A stretch of DNA of 64,000 nucleotides from Octopus vulgaris (Eukaryota): contig OX597821.1 in the NCBI GenBank assembly GCA_951406725.2, forward strand, positions 65,658,001 to 65,722,000, in the 5' to 3' direction. The first letter of the stretch is position 1, and every line of letters starts with the position of its first letter. The notes beneath the pieces are model-generated. The model had not been told where the DNA came from. It ran no database searches and saw only the letters and a list, made by a program, of their open reading frames with translations. Positions 39,616-51,341 of this stretch are shown here, in pieces. The translations under genes and the position numbers were made by a program.

Positions 39616-41094
39616 CAGAATCATTAGCGTATCGGACAATATGCTAAACGACATTTCTTCCAGCTTTTTACGTTGTGAAATCAAATTCCGTCGTGGTCGG
39701 CTTAATTTTTTATCGTTTCGGGGTCGATAAAATAATTACCATGAAATAATAATTTCACTTTTAAAAAGTGATTTATTGCCCTAAATTCTATATCTCAGTT
39801 ATATGTATATCCTAATACATCTAGTTTTTCTTGGAATAAGATACAGGCTGTAACTATAATCTGATTAATATTCTGGCTGGAACTATTAACAATAAATAAG
39901 TTTCGGAGCAGACTTTATATTGTAAAATAAAGATTTGTAGGGATGGGAGAGGAAGTACGCAGAGTCACCTTCTGTATGGAAAACAAATAGCCAACTTAAC
40001 ACAAACATAAGATTATGAGCCTAGTGAGTTTAATTAATATCACAATCGTAGAGAAGTGGACAAAATAGTTTAAAAAATTAATCCTTATTGTAATCCTTAA
40101 TTCTGGTCATAAAATATAAGATAGAGTGTAAATCCAAAACGGATTTATATTAGTACGCTATAAATAACAGTCAACTATCTTAATTCCACTGTTTTAATTA
40201 AGGATGGACACACTGGTTAATTATAGTATTTTGTATGTAAAATGTCGAGGTGGCCAATATCTGATTGTCATTTATCAAATTTTTGTTTAACCAGTGCTAA
40301 ACTGGATTATATAACTACAACGTTCAAGTTTATATTAATGCTTCGTATCTTCTACCGTGAGTTACGACGGCGGCCTTGCGACTCCTTCGCCAGTTGAAAG
40401 TTCATAGCATAGCATAACATATGTTGTGGTAATTATTTTTGTTTTAAATCTTTGTAATTGTAGCTCAATAAATTAATGCTTTGAAAAGAATTCAAACCGT
40501 TCAAAGGGCAGATGTTAAGGATGTTACAATTACAAATAGAGAAATAGTTTTGCATGATCATCTTGGGGATATTTCTCCCATTTATACATTCTATAGAAGC
40601 AGGGAAAATTATTGTACAGCTGTAACTTACATTAATATTATTTCTATTGTAGGTATTATGATATCGACGCGTAAATGCTTATAAAAGTTTCTTGAAGGTC
40701 CTGGTCATATGAAATTGAAGAATTAAATGGTATGGAATATTATACCATATTATTTTTCATTTTCTATTTCCACTTTTATGAATAGTGGCATTCTGTTTGT
40801 AATGCCTCCTGTCTTTGAAGCCACTGTCTTTTAATGTATCATCTTAGTAATGAGCTGCGCGATTAAATGATTCCTCGTCAAAGGATATGCACTTACAAAT
40901 GCTATTTAATAAAATTTGTAGGATATTGCAGTTTATGTTCATATATTATATTTTCTTGTTAGGTTTATTACAAGGGCAGCGTTTGCCAATACCTGGATGT
41001 AAAGCTACATCTAAGAACATTGCTTAAATTCACGTCAATTCTATAATATCCGAATCTAACAATCGAACGCTTTGAAATGTTGTTAAACTTTATA

Positions 41095-41170
<76 letters not shown>

Positions 41171-41231
41171 AGTGTATATGTGTGTATGTGTGTGTGTGTG
41201 TATGTGTGTGTATGTATGTGAGTGTATATGT

Positions 41232-41272
<41 letters not shown>

Positions 41273-41849
41273 GTGTGTGTGTGTGTGTGTGTGTATTCGT
41301 TATTGGTGTTAGTGTCGGAAGCAGTGTTAGTTCCAGCTTGCATTCTGAATATCATATGCAGGATAACTAAATTTTATCCAGCCTCCTGTCTAGTTATGAT
41401 GCTAATGATTAGTTAATCAGTGTTTTTAGACAAGTAGAGGCTAAATTTTGTCTAAACATACAGTTGCTAGTGGATACTTATTACTGATGATGCTCAAAGA
41501 AGCAGAAATACGTATTCAGCAATTCCACCACCACCACCGTTGCTAGACATATTTTTCTACTATTGATATACGAGGTGCTTTCAAAAAATATCAGACCTTT
41601 AGGTGATAGGTAATAGCACCTTTTCTGTGTAAGCGCGATGTTTTTCGCGCCGGTCGGTTGCATCAGTTTCCTACAGTTTCGCATAGAGGAGTGCTTCTCA
41701 AACTATCTGATGTGGCGTACCGGCATTTTTTGTTTTCCAATGTGCCAGGGACCGATAATATTTCTTAGTAATATTAATTTATACCGGAAACAATATATAT
41801 AATGACTATAATAAAAGTTGACAAATTTGTTATCTTATATTTATTTTGT

Positions 41850-42250
41850 AGGTGTAGGAGTGGCTGTGTGGTAAGTAGCTTGCTTACCAACCACATGGTT
41901 CCGGGTTCAGTCCCACTGTGTGGCACCTTAGGCAAGTGTTTTCTACTATAGCCTCGGGCCAACCAAAGCCCTGTGAGGGGATTTGGTAGACGGAAACTGA
42001 AAGAAGCCTGTCGTATACATGTATATGTATATATATGTGTGTGTGTGTTTGTGTGTCTGTATTTGTACCCCCAACATCATTTGACAACCGATGCTGGTGT
42101 GTTTACGTCCCCGTAACTTAGCGGTTCGGCAAAAGAAACCGATTGAATAAGTACTAGGCTTACAAAGAATAAGTCCTGGGTCGATTTGCTCGACTAAAGG
42201 CGGTGCTCCAGCATGGCCACAGTCAAATGACTGAAACAAGTAAAAGAGAA
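41850..42250 (+). mobile_element. SINE family B, full length
   Basis: GTAGGAGTGGCTGTGTGGTAAG...GACTGAAACAAGTAAAAGAG. Confidence 0.93.
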
Positions 42251-42278
42251 TAAATATTTCTATATATATATATATATC

Positions 42279-42334
<56 letters not shown>

Positions 42335-42337
<3 letters not shown>

Positions 42338-42877
42338 TCTTTTCTCTTACGCGTTTCAGTCATTTGACTGCGGCCATGATGGATTACCACCTTAAATGGT
42401 TTTAGCCAAACAAATCGACCCCAGGATTTTTTCTTCGTAAACCTGGTACTTATTCTATCGGTCTTTTTTTTTTTACCGAACCGCTAAGTTTCAGGGACCT
42501 AAACACACCAACATCAGTTGTCAAGCGAAGGTGGGGAGAAAAACACAGACACAAAGGCACACACACACACACACACACAAACACACATACACACACACGC
42601 ACACATACATATATATATATATGTCTATATATACGACGAGCTTCTTTTAGTTTACGTCTACCAAATCCACTCGCAAGGCTTTGGTCAGCCTAAGGCCATA
42701 GAAAACTCTCGGCCAAGGTGCCACGCAGTGGGACTGAACTCGGAACCATGTGATTGAGAAGCAAATTTCTTACCACACAGCCACATGTGTATGTGTATGT
42801 GTGTGTACATATTATAGACCACCGTTTCTATATTGCATTGACCAAGCGAAGATGGGGAGAAAAACACAGACACAAAG

Positions 42878-42933
<56 letters not shown>

Positions 42934-43187
42934 GCACACATACACATATATATGTCTATATATACGACGAGCTTCTTTTAGTTTCCGTCTACCAAATCCA
43001 CTCGCAAGGCTTTGGTCAGCCTAAGGCCATAGAAAACACTCGGCCAAGGTGCCACGCAGTGGGACTGAACTTGGAACCATGCTATTGGGAAGCAAATTTC
43101 TTACCACACAGCCACATGTTTCTATACACATGTATGTGTATGCGTATGTACATATCATAGACCACCGTTTCTATATTGCATTGACCA
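42335..43187 (-). mobile_element. SINE B with a local tandem duplication of its 5' half plus flank
   Basis: 42522-42842 is repeated at 42843-43187, including the flank ATAGACCACCGTTTCTATATTGCATTGAC. Confidence 0.88.
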
Positions 43188-43862
43188 TTCACTAGGCACT
43201 CGCAGCAAATCCTACATAGCCATCCTGCTTCTGTCCGGAGTCTTGGAATATTCACCAATATTTTTTGGCATTAAGTGCGCAGGATCTCTATTAAGTAAGA
43301 GTCGATTGCATCGTCGAGAGAAGATATATATATTCACACACGCACGCACACACACACACACACACACACCCACACACACACACCTATAAAGTACGTTTGA
43401 AGGGTTTTATTATCCAGGTGTATATCGTATTGGCTCTCAGTTAGGTTCCAGTTAACGGCTAATCATAACGATCAGTATTTAACGCCAGTGTCTACGTTTA
43501 GTTTAATCGCTCCGTGAATTCTTCCGTGTTCGCTTCGTTGGACGGTAAAAATTGTCTAGTGAATATATTAATATTAATATTAATAGAATAAAGAGTATGG
43601 AGACTTGTACGTCCATAAAATTTATTTTATAGTAATATACAACATATCATAGTGATCTACACGTGTTTCCTCTGCAGCGGTTACTTATTGTTGCAAACGC
43701 AACCCTGCAATATTGTAGGTGCAGCTTCATCAGCGTCCGTCCATTTGGTCAACCATTTATGTATGTATGTATGTATGTATGTATGTATGTATGTATGTAT
43801 GTATGTATGTATGTATGTATGTATGGATGGATGGATGGATGTATGTATGTATGTATGTATGT

Positions 43863-44354
43863 TTCTGCTATTTTTTATTTATTATAAATCTTCCACTGAG
43901 GAGGGAACCGGTTTCCAACAAAGATACAAGGCTCCATCTTTGGGATGTAGTTAACACAGACAAATTCACATTTGGAACTTGAGAAAAGTCTTGCATATTT
44001 TTACTGTTCCACTCACAGATTGCACTTGTAATGTAAGAATCAGCCGGTCGATTTCTCTTTCTGAAAATCTCAGTTTATCCAGATTCTCCTTTAAGCATTT
44101 ACTAACACGAACTGCTGCTCCAGTTATCGGTATGAATATGAATTCATAGTCTGGATATGGAAACTGGAGGTTTCGAAGCAGTTGTCCATAGATATCCTCT
44201 TTTTCTTAGATTTTCAAAGAGATATTTATGTCTGCAGGGCAACTGACCTCTGTGATGGTGCATACCTTTACCCCTCTGTCTCAAACAATAATATCCGGCA
44301 TGTTATGTTTACATTTGACAGAAGCTTGATGGGAATATTCCACCAGTATTCGTT
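43863..44354 (-). mobile_element. RLE non-LTR retrotransposon 3' end embedded in (ATAC)n
   Basis: NEYWWNIPIK..KCKHNMPDIIV..TITEVSCPADINISL..YGQLLRNLQFPYPDYEFIFIPI, with frameshifts; (TATG)n on both sides. Confidence 0.8.
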
Positions 44355-44399
44355 GTATGTATGTATGTAGAAACACATATGTATATGTGTTTTTTTTTT

Positions 44400-44706
44400 A
44401 TATTCTTGGTTGCGGATATTTGTCCTCCGTCGTCAACCAGGAGAATTAATCTACGAAGCAATTTCCCAGCTCCCCTCCAGGGTTGGCGAAAGCGATGTGG
44501 TGGACAACGAAAAACCTGGCTGATGACAGTCAAGGCTGATCTGGAACCCAACCTAAGACCCCATATCTGCGGCATTCGCCGCTGGAATAAGGAGTGGTTG
44601 GAGATCATGCGGTCGTTAGCCTCAAATCGCCAGGCCTGGTCGGCGTTTGTGAGAGATGCAGCATTGAGGATGAATGAAGCCAGCTCAACCCACCCCGGGT
44701 GAATGC
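44400..44706 (+). mobile_element. RTE-clade LINE C-terminus
   Basis: GWRKRCGGQRKTWLMTVKADLEP..RWNKEWL..LASNRQAWSAFVRD..SSTHPG*. Confidence 0.82.
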
Positions 44707-45368
44707 TGTTTAGAAGAAAAAGAAGCGGAGACAAGATTGACCTGCCCGGAGTGTTGGTGGAGTTTGACGAACTGCCACCCGTAGTTGAATTCAGACTTGG
44801 AGCCTTTCATGAAGTATTAAAATGGAAAAAAAAAAGAGTAAGTAAAATTGCTCTGTTGAAAGAAAAAAAAGAAAAAGTAAAAGAGTTTCATGTAACAAAA
44901 AAGAGAAAAAGAAGATGATTAAGAAAAAACAGTAGAAAAATAGAACGATTGTAAATAGTGTGTATAAACGTTCAAATGGTAATGCATGGGGGTGGGGCCC
45001 ATGTGGCCATTTCCTTTCATTTTTATATAACATCTCATTCTTATTCGTTTTATGTTCTCATTGTGGTGTTGTGTCTGTCCTTGTAGTGTACCCGGCGAGC
45101 TGGCAGAAACGTTAGCACGCCGGGCGAAATGCGTAGCCGTATTTCGTCTGCCGTTACGTTCTGAGTTCAAATTCCGCCGAGGTCGACTTTGCCTTTCATC
45201 CTTTCGGGGTCGATAAATTAAGTACCAGTTACGCACTGGGGTCAATGTAATCGACTTAATCCGTTTGTCTGTCCTTGTTTGTCCCCTCTGTGTTTAGCCC
45301 CTTGTGGGTAGTAAAGAAATATGTAGTGTACCCCTCTGTGTTGTGGCCGTAGTGCCAAATAAAGAAAT
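44707..45368 (+). mobile_element. 3' part of a putative ORF1-only retroelement (copy 1) with nested SINE A
   Basis: GDKIDLPGVLVEFDELPPVVEF aligns with copy 2; 3' end TGTCTGTCCTTGT..CCCTCTGTGTT..AATAAAGAAATA. Confidence 0.65.
45094..45321 (+). mobile_element. SINE A with 12-bp TSD
   Basis: TGTAGTGTACCC at 45082-45093 and 45322-45333. Confidence 0.95.
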
Positions 45369-45960
45369 AAGTGTCTCCTTCTCTGTAGCGTCGAGTAGAG
45401 AATTTGGGGCGATTTGTTGTGTTTTGATTTCGCTCACATGTGAGTTGTTGCTGTGTTTGGTTGAATTGCTGAATTGTTGAAATTGTGATGTTGCATTTGT
45501 AACTTTTTGAATTCGTTGAAAATTTTGTGTGACTCCCCCATTTATGGGTGAAGCAGTAAATAACGAAAATATGCAGGCAGTTATGCGGCAGCTGAGCTAC
45601 TGCAGATACGCGAACTGGAAGTGAAGGATATGGACTATAAGATACCACCCAAGGAAGTGACAGAGAAGGCAAAGAGAATATAGCGACAAGGAAGGTGGAA
45701 ATAGCAGGCGTTGAAGAGATAGAGGAATGCTTAAAAGAAGTAGAAAATGTGAAGATATTTTATAACAGAGGACGAAAATATGGCCCGGTGGAGGTACGCT
45801 TCGTTAATGAGAACGAAGCAAAGATGTACTCCACCGTAGCCTTGAAATCAGCACAGTGGGCACTCTTCCCTACTTACTGTGGCAGACGCGCAGCCAGAAT
45901 GAGAATAGAGAGAGTGCCACCTGAAATAAACGAAGACTGGCTTGTGGCAGCCATCCTCTA

Positions 45961-46373
45961 GGATCTTTTCGGTTTGAACAGCAGTTTTTAACATAATTTC
46001 TAGGTAACTAAAAAATTTTAAACTTCGTATACTGGTAGAATGTGTTTATAAAACATCTTTTTCTCTTGGCTTTATTGAGAAAATACTATAGTTTGTAAGA
46101 TATTTGTTGTTTTTTTTCTTCAATTTCTGCAATTTCAACCAATCACTGACGTCTATTGAGGTAAAATAAACATTCTGTACCTATGGTCCCTCGTTTAAGA
46201 AACAGATTAGGTTTATTTACATTTGTGAAGAAAAAAATATACCCTTTCTCCCACCCCTAACCCTAACCCTAAAACAGATTGAAATGCAATAGATCGATAC
46301 TAGGGTCATAATTATGGGTGACAATTTCATATGACATCGCTAGAAAAAACTGCCGTTGAAACCGAAAAGATCC
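45961..46373. mobile_element. 413-bp MITE with GG..CC TIRs and 8-bp TSD (Merlin-like)
   Basis: TIR GGATCTTTTCGGTTTGAACAGCAGTTTTT and AAAAACTGCCGTTGAAACCGAAAAGATCC; TSD ATCCTCTA at 45953-45960 and 46374-46381. Confidence 0.92.
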
Positions 46374-47256
46374 ATCCTCTACAATACAGAGGAGAAAGTA
46401 GAGATATTGAAAATATCAAAGACAGCGGAGGTCAACTGGTGCGGGTATGGCCTAGAAGTGGTGGTACTTATCAGCCTGCCTGACCTCCACAAAATGATAG
46501 AAGAGATCGTCCTGCCCGATGAGACCAGACTGAGAGTCATGGTGGAGGGTAGACCCTCAATATGCTTCCAATGTGGAGTAAGGAGGCACGTAAAGGCAAG
46601 GTGTCCCCAGAAACACGAACAGGAGGTGGTGGAGAGGGAGCAAAAAAATGTAATAGCGGAGAAGGAAGTAGAGCTCACTGAGGTAGAGAAGAGAGGAAAT
46701 AGGGAGTCTCCATCGATAAAGAAAAAAGAAGCAGAGAAAAAGGAAACAAGAAAAAAATGAAGCAACGGGAGAACAAATACAAGGGTCGGAAGGAACTGGA
46801 AGATGAGATAGAAACACCAGCAATAAAGACAGAGAATGTTGAGAGAAGGCCGCGTAAAGGAAAACACGAAAGAATAATGGTGATGTACGAGGAAAGTGTA
46901 GAAATAGAAAAACGGATTGCAAAAATGAAAGGCGTAATAAAAGTGAGACTGGCAGATTAGGAGGAGAATCGAAACAAGAGAGCAGTGTTATTAGATGACG
47001 AAAAGGCAGCTAGACAGAAGGAGATATTTGGAAGGAGGATAGATAATACATCATTACGGTTTCAATACGATGAATTACCACCAGTGGTAAGTTTTGAAGA
47101 TCTAATGAATTTTCTGATATAAAAATGATACAAACTGAATTGTAAAAAACAGTAAAATGGAACTTTCTACTTTGGTGGGTTGAAAGCCATTTCATTATCA
47201 TAATTCTTCACAACTCATAACTCAATCGTTAATCGTTATATGTACCCCATATATAA

Positions 47257-47487
47257 GGCGGCGAGCTGGCAGAAACGTTAGCACGCCGGGCGAAATGCGT
47301 AGCCGTATTTCGTCTGCCGTTACGCTCTGAGTTCAAATTCCGCCGAGGTCGACTTTGCCTTTCATCCTTTCGGGGTCGATTAAATAAGCACCAGTTACGC
47401 ACTGGGGTCGATGTAATCAACTTAATCCGTGTGTCTCTCCTTGTTTGTGCCCTCTGTGTTTAGCCCCTTGTGGGTAGTAAAGAAATA
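47257..47487 (+). mobile_element. SINE A with 15-bp TSD
   Basis: GTTATATGTACCCCA at 47235-47249 and 47488-47502; 7 extra nt TATATAA at the 5' junction. Confidence 0.95.
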
Positions 47488-47849
47488 GTTATATGTACCC
47501 CACGTTTGTGTTGTCTGTCCATGTCGTGTCCTTTCTATATATATAAGGCCTTATGCCTACAATAAAGAAAAAGTGTCTCCTTCTCTGTATACATTTCAGG
47601 AGGTGGTTCAATATTGCGAAGTGCGAAATCGACGGGAACATTGTGACCACTTCTATGCTATAACCCCATTTTTCTCTCTCCGGCTTCCAGTCAGTTATTT
47701 ATCGAACATGTAGCCACGCACATCCTTTTTTTTTTATTTTATTTCTAACTCGCCATTCCTACCACCATTTCTTCCACTTTTCCTCTTTTTGGACTTTCCT
47801 TTCTATACGAACGAAGTGCTATACTCGAAAACATATTTTTATCTCTTTA

Positions 47850-48255
47850 ACTCTCTTTTATTTGTTTCAGTCATTTAATTGCGGCCATGCTGGAGCACCG
47901 CCTTTATAGTCGAGCAAATCAACCCCAGAGCTTATTGTTTGTAAGCCTAGTACTTATTCTATCGGTCTCTTTTGCCGAACCGCTAAGTTACGGGGACGTA
48001 GACACACCAACATCGGTTGTCAAGCGATGCTGGGTGGGGGGTGACAAACAGACACACAAACATATACGCACACATACATATACATATACCACGGGCTTCT
48101 TTTCAGTTTCTGCCTACCAAATCCACTCACAAGGCTTAGGTCGGCCCGAGGCTATAGTGGAAGACACTTGCTCAAGGTGCCACGCAGTGGGACTGAACCC
48201 GGGACCATGTGGTTGGTAAGCAAGCTACTTACCGCACAGCCACTCCTGCGCCTAA
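47850..48255 (-). mobile_element. SINE family B, full length
   Basis: Near-consensus copy. Confidence 0.92.
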
Positions 48256-48330
48256 GTTATCCTTAACTTTTTCTTTATAACTTTTTTCTTTCAGTGGTCA
48301 AACTAACAATATCCACCGTGACCGTCCCAT

Positions 48331-48669
48331 GTGAAGGCGCATGGCTCACTGGTTAGAGCGTCGGGCTCACAATCATGAGGTAGTGAGTTCGATTCCTGGA
48401 CCGGGCTGTGTGTTGTATTTTTGAGCAAGACACTTTATTTCATGTTGCTCCACTTCACTCAGCTGTAGAAATAAGTTGAGGCCTTCACTGGTGCCAAGCT
48501 GTATCGGCCCCTTTGCCTTTCCCTTGGATAACATCGGTGGCGTGGGGATGGGAGATTGGTATGCATGGGCGACTACTGGTCATCTATAAACACTTGCCTG
48601 GACTTGTGCCTCGGAGGGGAACTTTCTAGGTACAATCCCATGGTCATTCATGACCGAATGGGATCTTTA
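48331..48669 (+). mobile_element. SINE C-related head and core with a different tail
   Basis: GTGAAGGCGCATGGCTCACTGGTTAGAGCG..GTTCGATTCC..TTGAGCAAGACACTTTATTTC. Confidence 0.82.
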
Positions 48670-48774
48670 GAACGCCCCTTGGACTTGTGTTGTTTTTGTA
48701 CCTGAAGTCGTCATTTGTTATTCATTTGCCTATACAGAAACTCTACTTCAGATATATACGTGTGCAAGTGTACA

Positions 48775-48816
<42 letters not shown>

Positions 48817-49180
48817 ATATGTACTGTATATCTTCACTTAAATCTTGATATGTTAAAAGCGATCCTGAAATTTCAAAAACAACAAATCAACTTTTGAGTT
48901 TAAACGTATTTATCTTGTATTTACAAACGAGGAAAAGTATTCTAGTCTTTTTCGATATCATTAGGTCTTTTCATTTCAGTATACATTTTATTATTACATA
49001 ATAGATGTACCCTCCAAGGGGCACATAATTCTACTACTTACAAATAAAATTTATTAATATAGCCTTAACACAAATTTATGCAAACTTGTGGGGTTTTTTT
49101 TTAATATTTCAAGAGTGAATCTGTGACCGGTAACAACACCAAGACCTATAATAATTATTATATTATAGAACACGGCTGAA

Positions 49181-49765
49181 GGCGGCGAGCTGGCAGAAAC
49201 GTTAGCACGCCGGACGAAATGCTTAGCGGTATTTCGTCTGCCGTTACGTTGAGTTCAAATTTCGCCGAGGTCGACTTTGCCTTTCATCATTTCGGGGTCG
49301 ATAAATTAAGTACCAGTTATGCACTGGAGTCGATGCAATCGACTTAATACCTATGTCTGTCCTTGTTTGTCCCCTCTGTGTTTAGCCCCTCGTGGGTAAT
49401 AAAGAAATAGGTATTTCGTCGGTCGTTACATTCTGAGTTCAAATTCCGCCGAGGTCGACTTTGCCTTTCATCCTTTCGGGGTCGATAAATTAAGTACCAG
49501 TTACGCACTGGGGTCGATATAATCGACTTAATCCGCTTGTTTGTCGTTGTTTGTCCTCTCTGTGTTTAGCTCCTTGTGAGTAGTACAGAAATAGGTATTT
49601 CGTCTGCCACTACGTTCTGAGTTCAAATTCCGCCGAGATCGACTTCGCCTTTCATCCTCTCAGGGTCGATAAATTAAGTACCAGTTGCGTACTGGGGTCG
49701 GTCTAATCGACTGGCCCCCCTCCCACCAAATTTCGAGCCTTGTGCCTAGAGTAGAAAAGATTATT
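49181..49765 (+). mobile_element. SINE A trimer (head, A, A, B)
   Basis: Units restart at GGTATTTCGTC after GAAATA (about 49410 and 49594); the last unit has tail B. Confidence 0.92.
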
Positions 49766-50661
49766 GAACACAGTTACAAATTGTGATTCTTTAGGGGTTT
49801 TTTCTTTCACTATTTTTTATAACAGCTGTCTAAACATATCTTAACAGTTTCCCTCTGTGTGCAGATCAGGCAAGCTCAGTTGTTTTGAAGAATTCATGAA
49901 GTAATGTTTCCGCCTCTTCAGGTTGTGCACAAATGACCTCCATGCGAAACAGTAAAAATGTGGTAATAATTTACCTGAAAGTTATTGAAAGTGCTCTGCA
50001 GAAAGGTTAGCTGTTTTGTAGAAAAAGGTGAAGAAGGTTTCTTCTTTCGGAAGAAAATTGTGCGGAATGGGTAAAGCTATGAAAACAGCTTCAAAGAATG
50101 TCAAAATAAAGTGGAGCAACAGAAAAAGACCTCTCAAAAAGCCAGAAATGTTGCGGGAGTAGACACGACAAATTCGTCAATATGGAAGATTTATCGCCCG
50201 CTAAGTTGTTCGTATTTGTGCATCGAAAGAATAGAGAAATGCTAGAATTTAAATTTCAAGGACACACAGTTCAAGAAAAGAAATGCCTGAGTACTTTGGT
50301 AAAACTGCAAGAGAATAAATGCTGTCTGTTTTGTTTAGGATTGGATACGTTTTTTTTTTCAAATAAGTCTGTAAGACCGGGAGAGCTTTAATACAGATAA
50401 TAGGAGAAAAATAAGGGCTTCATTTGAATATACGCGCTGAACAAAATAAAAAAGGGCGACATTTGAGAATCACTGAAATGAAAGGTATTATAATTTCAGG
50501 AAGAAGTCTATATTATAGTAAGAGCTGCGTGAAGTTGTAGTTGTTCAATGAGTAGTGCACTTTCACGGGGTCCATGCATATTTTCGTAAAAACCCAGATC
50601 AAATGGCCTGATATTTCGAAATCAGTGTAAAATTCAAAGCCCAAAAGGTAGTTGTCGTGTA

Positions 50662-50863
50662 ATACTCTTTACTCTTTCACTTGTTTCAGTCATTTGACTG
50701 TGGCCATGCTGGAGCACCGCCTTTAGTCGAGCAAGTCGACCCCCAGGACTTATTCTTTGTAAGCCTAGTCTCTTCTGTCGAACCGCTAAGTTACGGGGGA
50801 CGTAAACACATCAGCATCGGTAGTCAAGCGATGTTGGGGGGGGGGGCAAACACAGACTCAAAA

Positions 50864-50894
<31 letters not shown>

Positions 50895-51060
50895 ATACAC
50901 ATATACACGACGGGCTTCTTTCAGTTTCCGTCTACCAAATCCACTCAATAGCTTTGGTCAGCCCGAGGCTATAGTAGAAGACACTTGCCCAGTGGGACTG
51001 AACCCGGAACCATGTGGTTGGTAAGCAAGCTACTTACCACACAGCCACTCCTGCGCCTAT
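50662..51060 (-). mobile_element. SINE family B
   Basis: Family motifs; CpGs largely intact. Confidence 0.9.
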
Positions 51061-51341
51061 AGTCAACTATTCAAATCAGAATGAATTATGGAGTTTCAAA
51101 CAGCAGCAGGCATTCTTCAAGGAAATAATCTAGCTACTTTTCCTTTTATGAAAGTGGACTACATCCGTAAGCAACTATGACCCCGTAAGAGAAAAGCATT
51201 AATATGAAATGACGAAGGCGTCAGAAGAGCATTTGTTTCTCTGATCTTGGCTATCAAAGTGTGATGTTTAAGACTTGTTAACACTCCTCCAGAATACTGC
51301 AGCTGAAATCGGTCTGTTTCTCACTGTAAAGAAGACTTAAT

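Larger units (their letters stand above)
45388..47570 (+). mobile_element. ORF1/gag-like-only non-autonomous retroelement (copy 2), about 1.5 kb after removing nested inserts
   Basis: Flanked by the 19-bp direct repeat AAGTGTCTCCTTCTCTGTA (45369-45387, 47571-47589). Decayed ORF about 45630-47122 with CFQCGVRRHVKARC (CX2CX4HX4C). Ends AATAAAGAAA. No RT. Confidence 0.75.
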
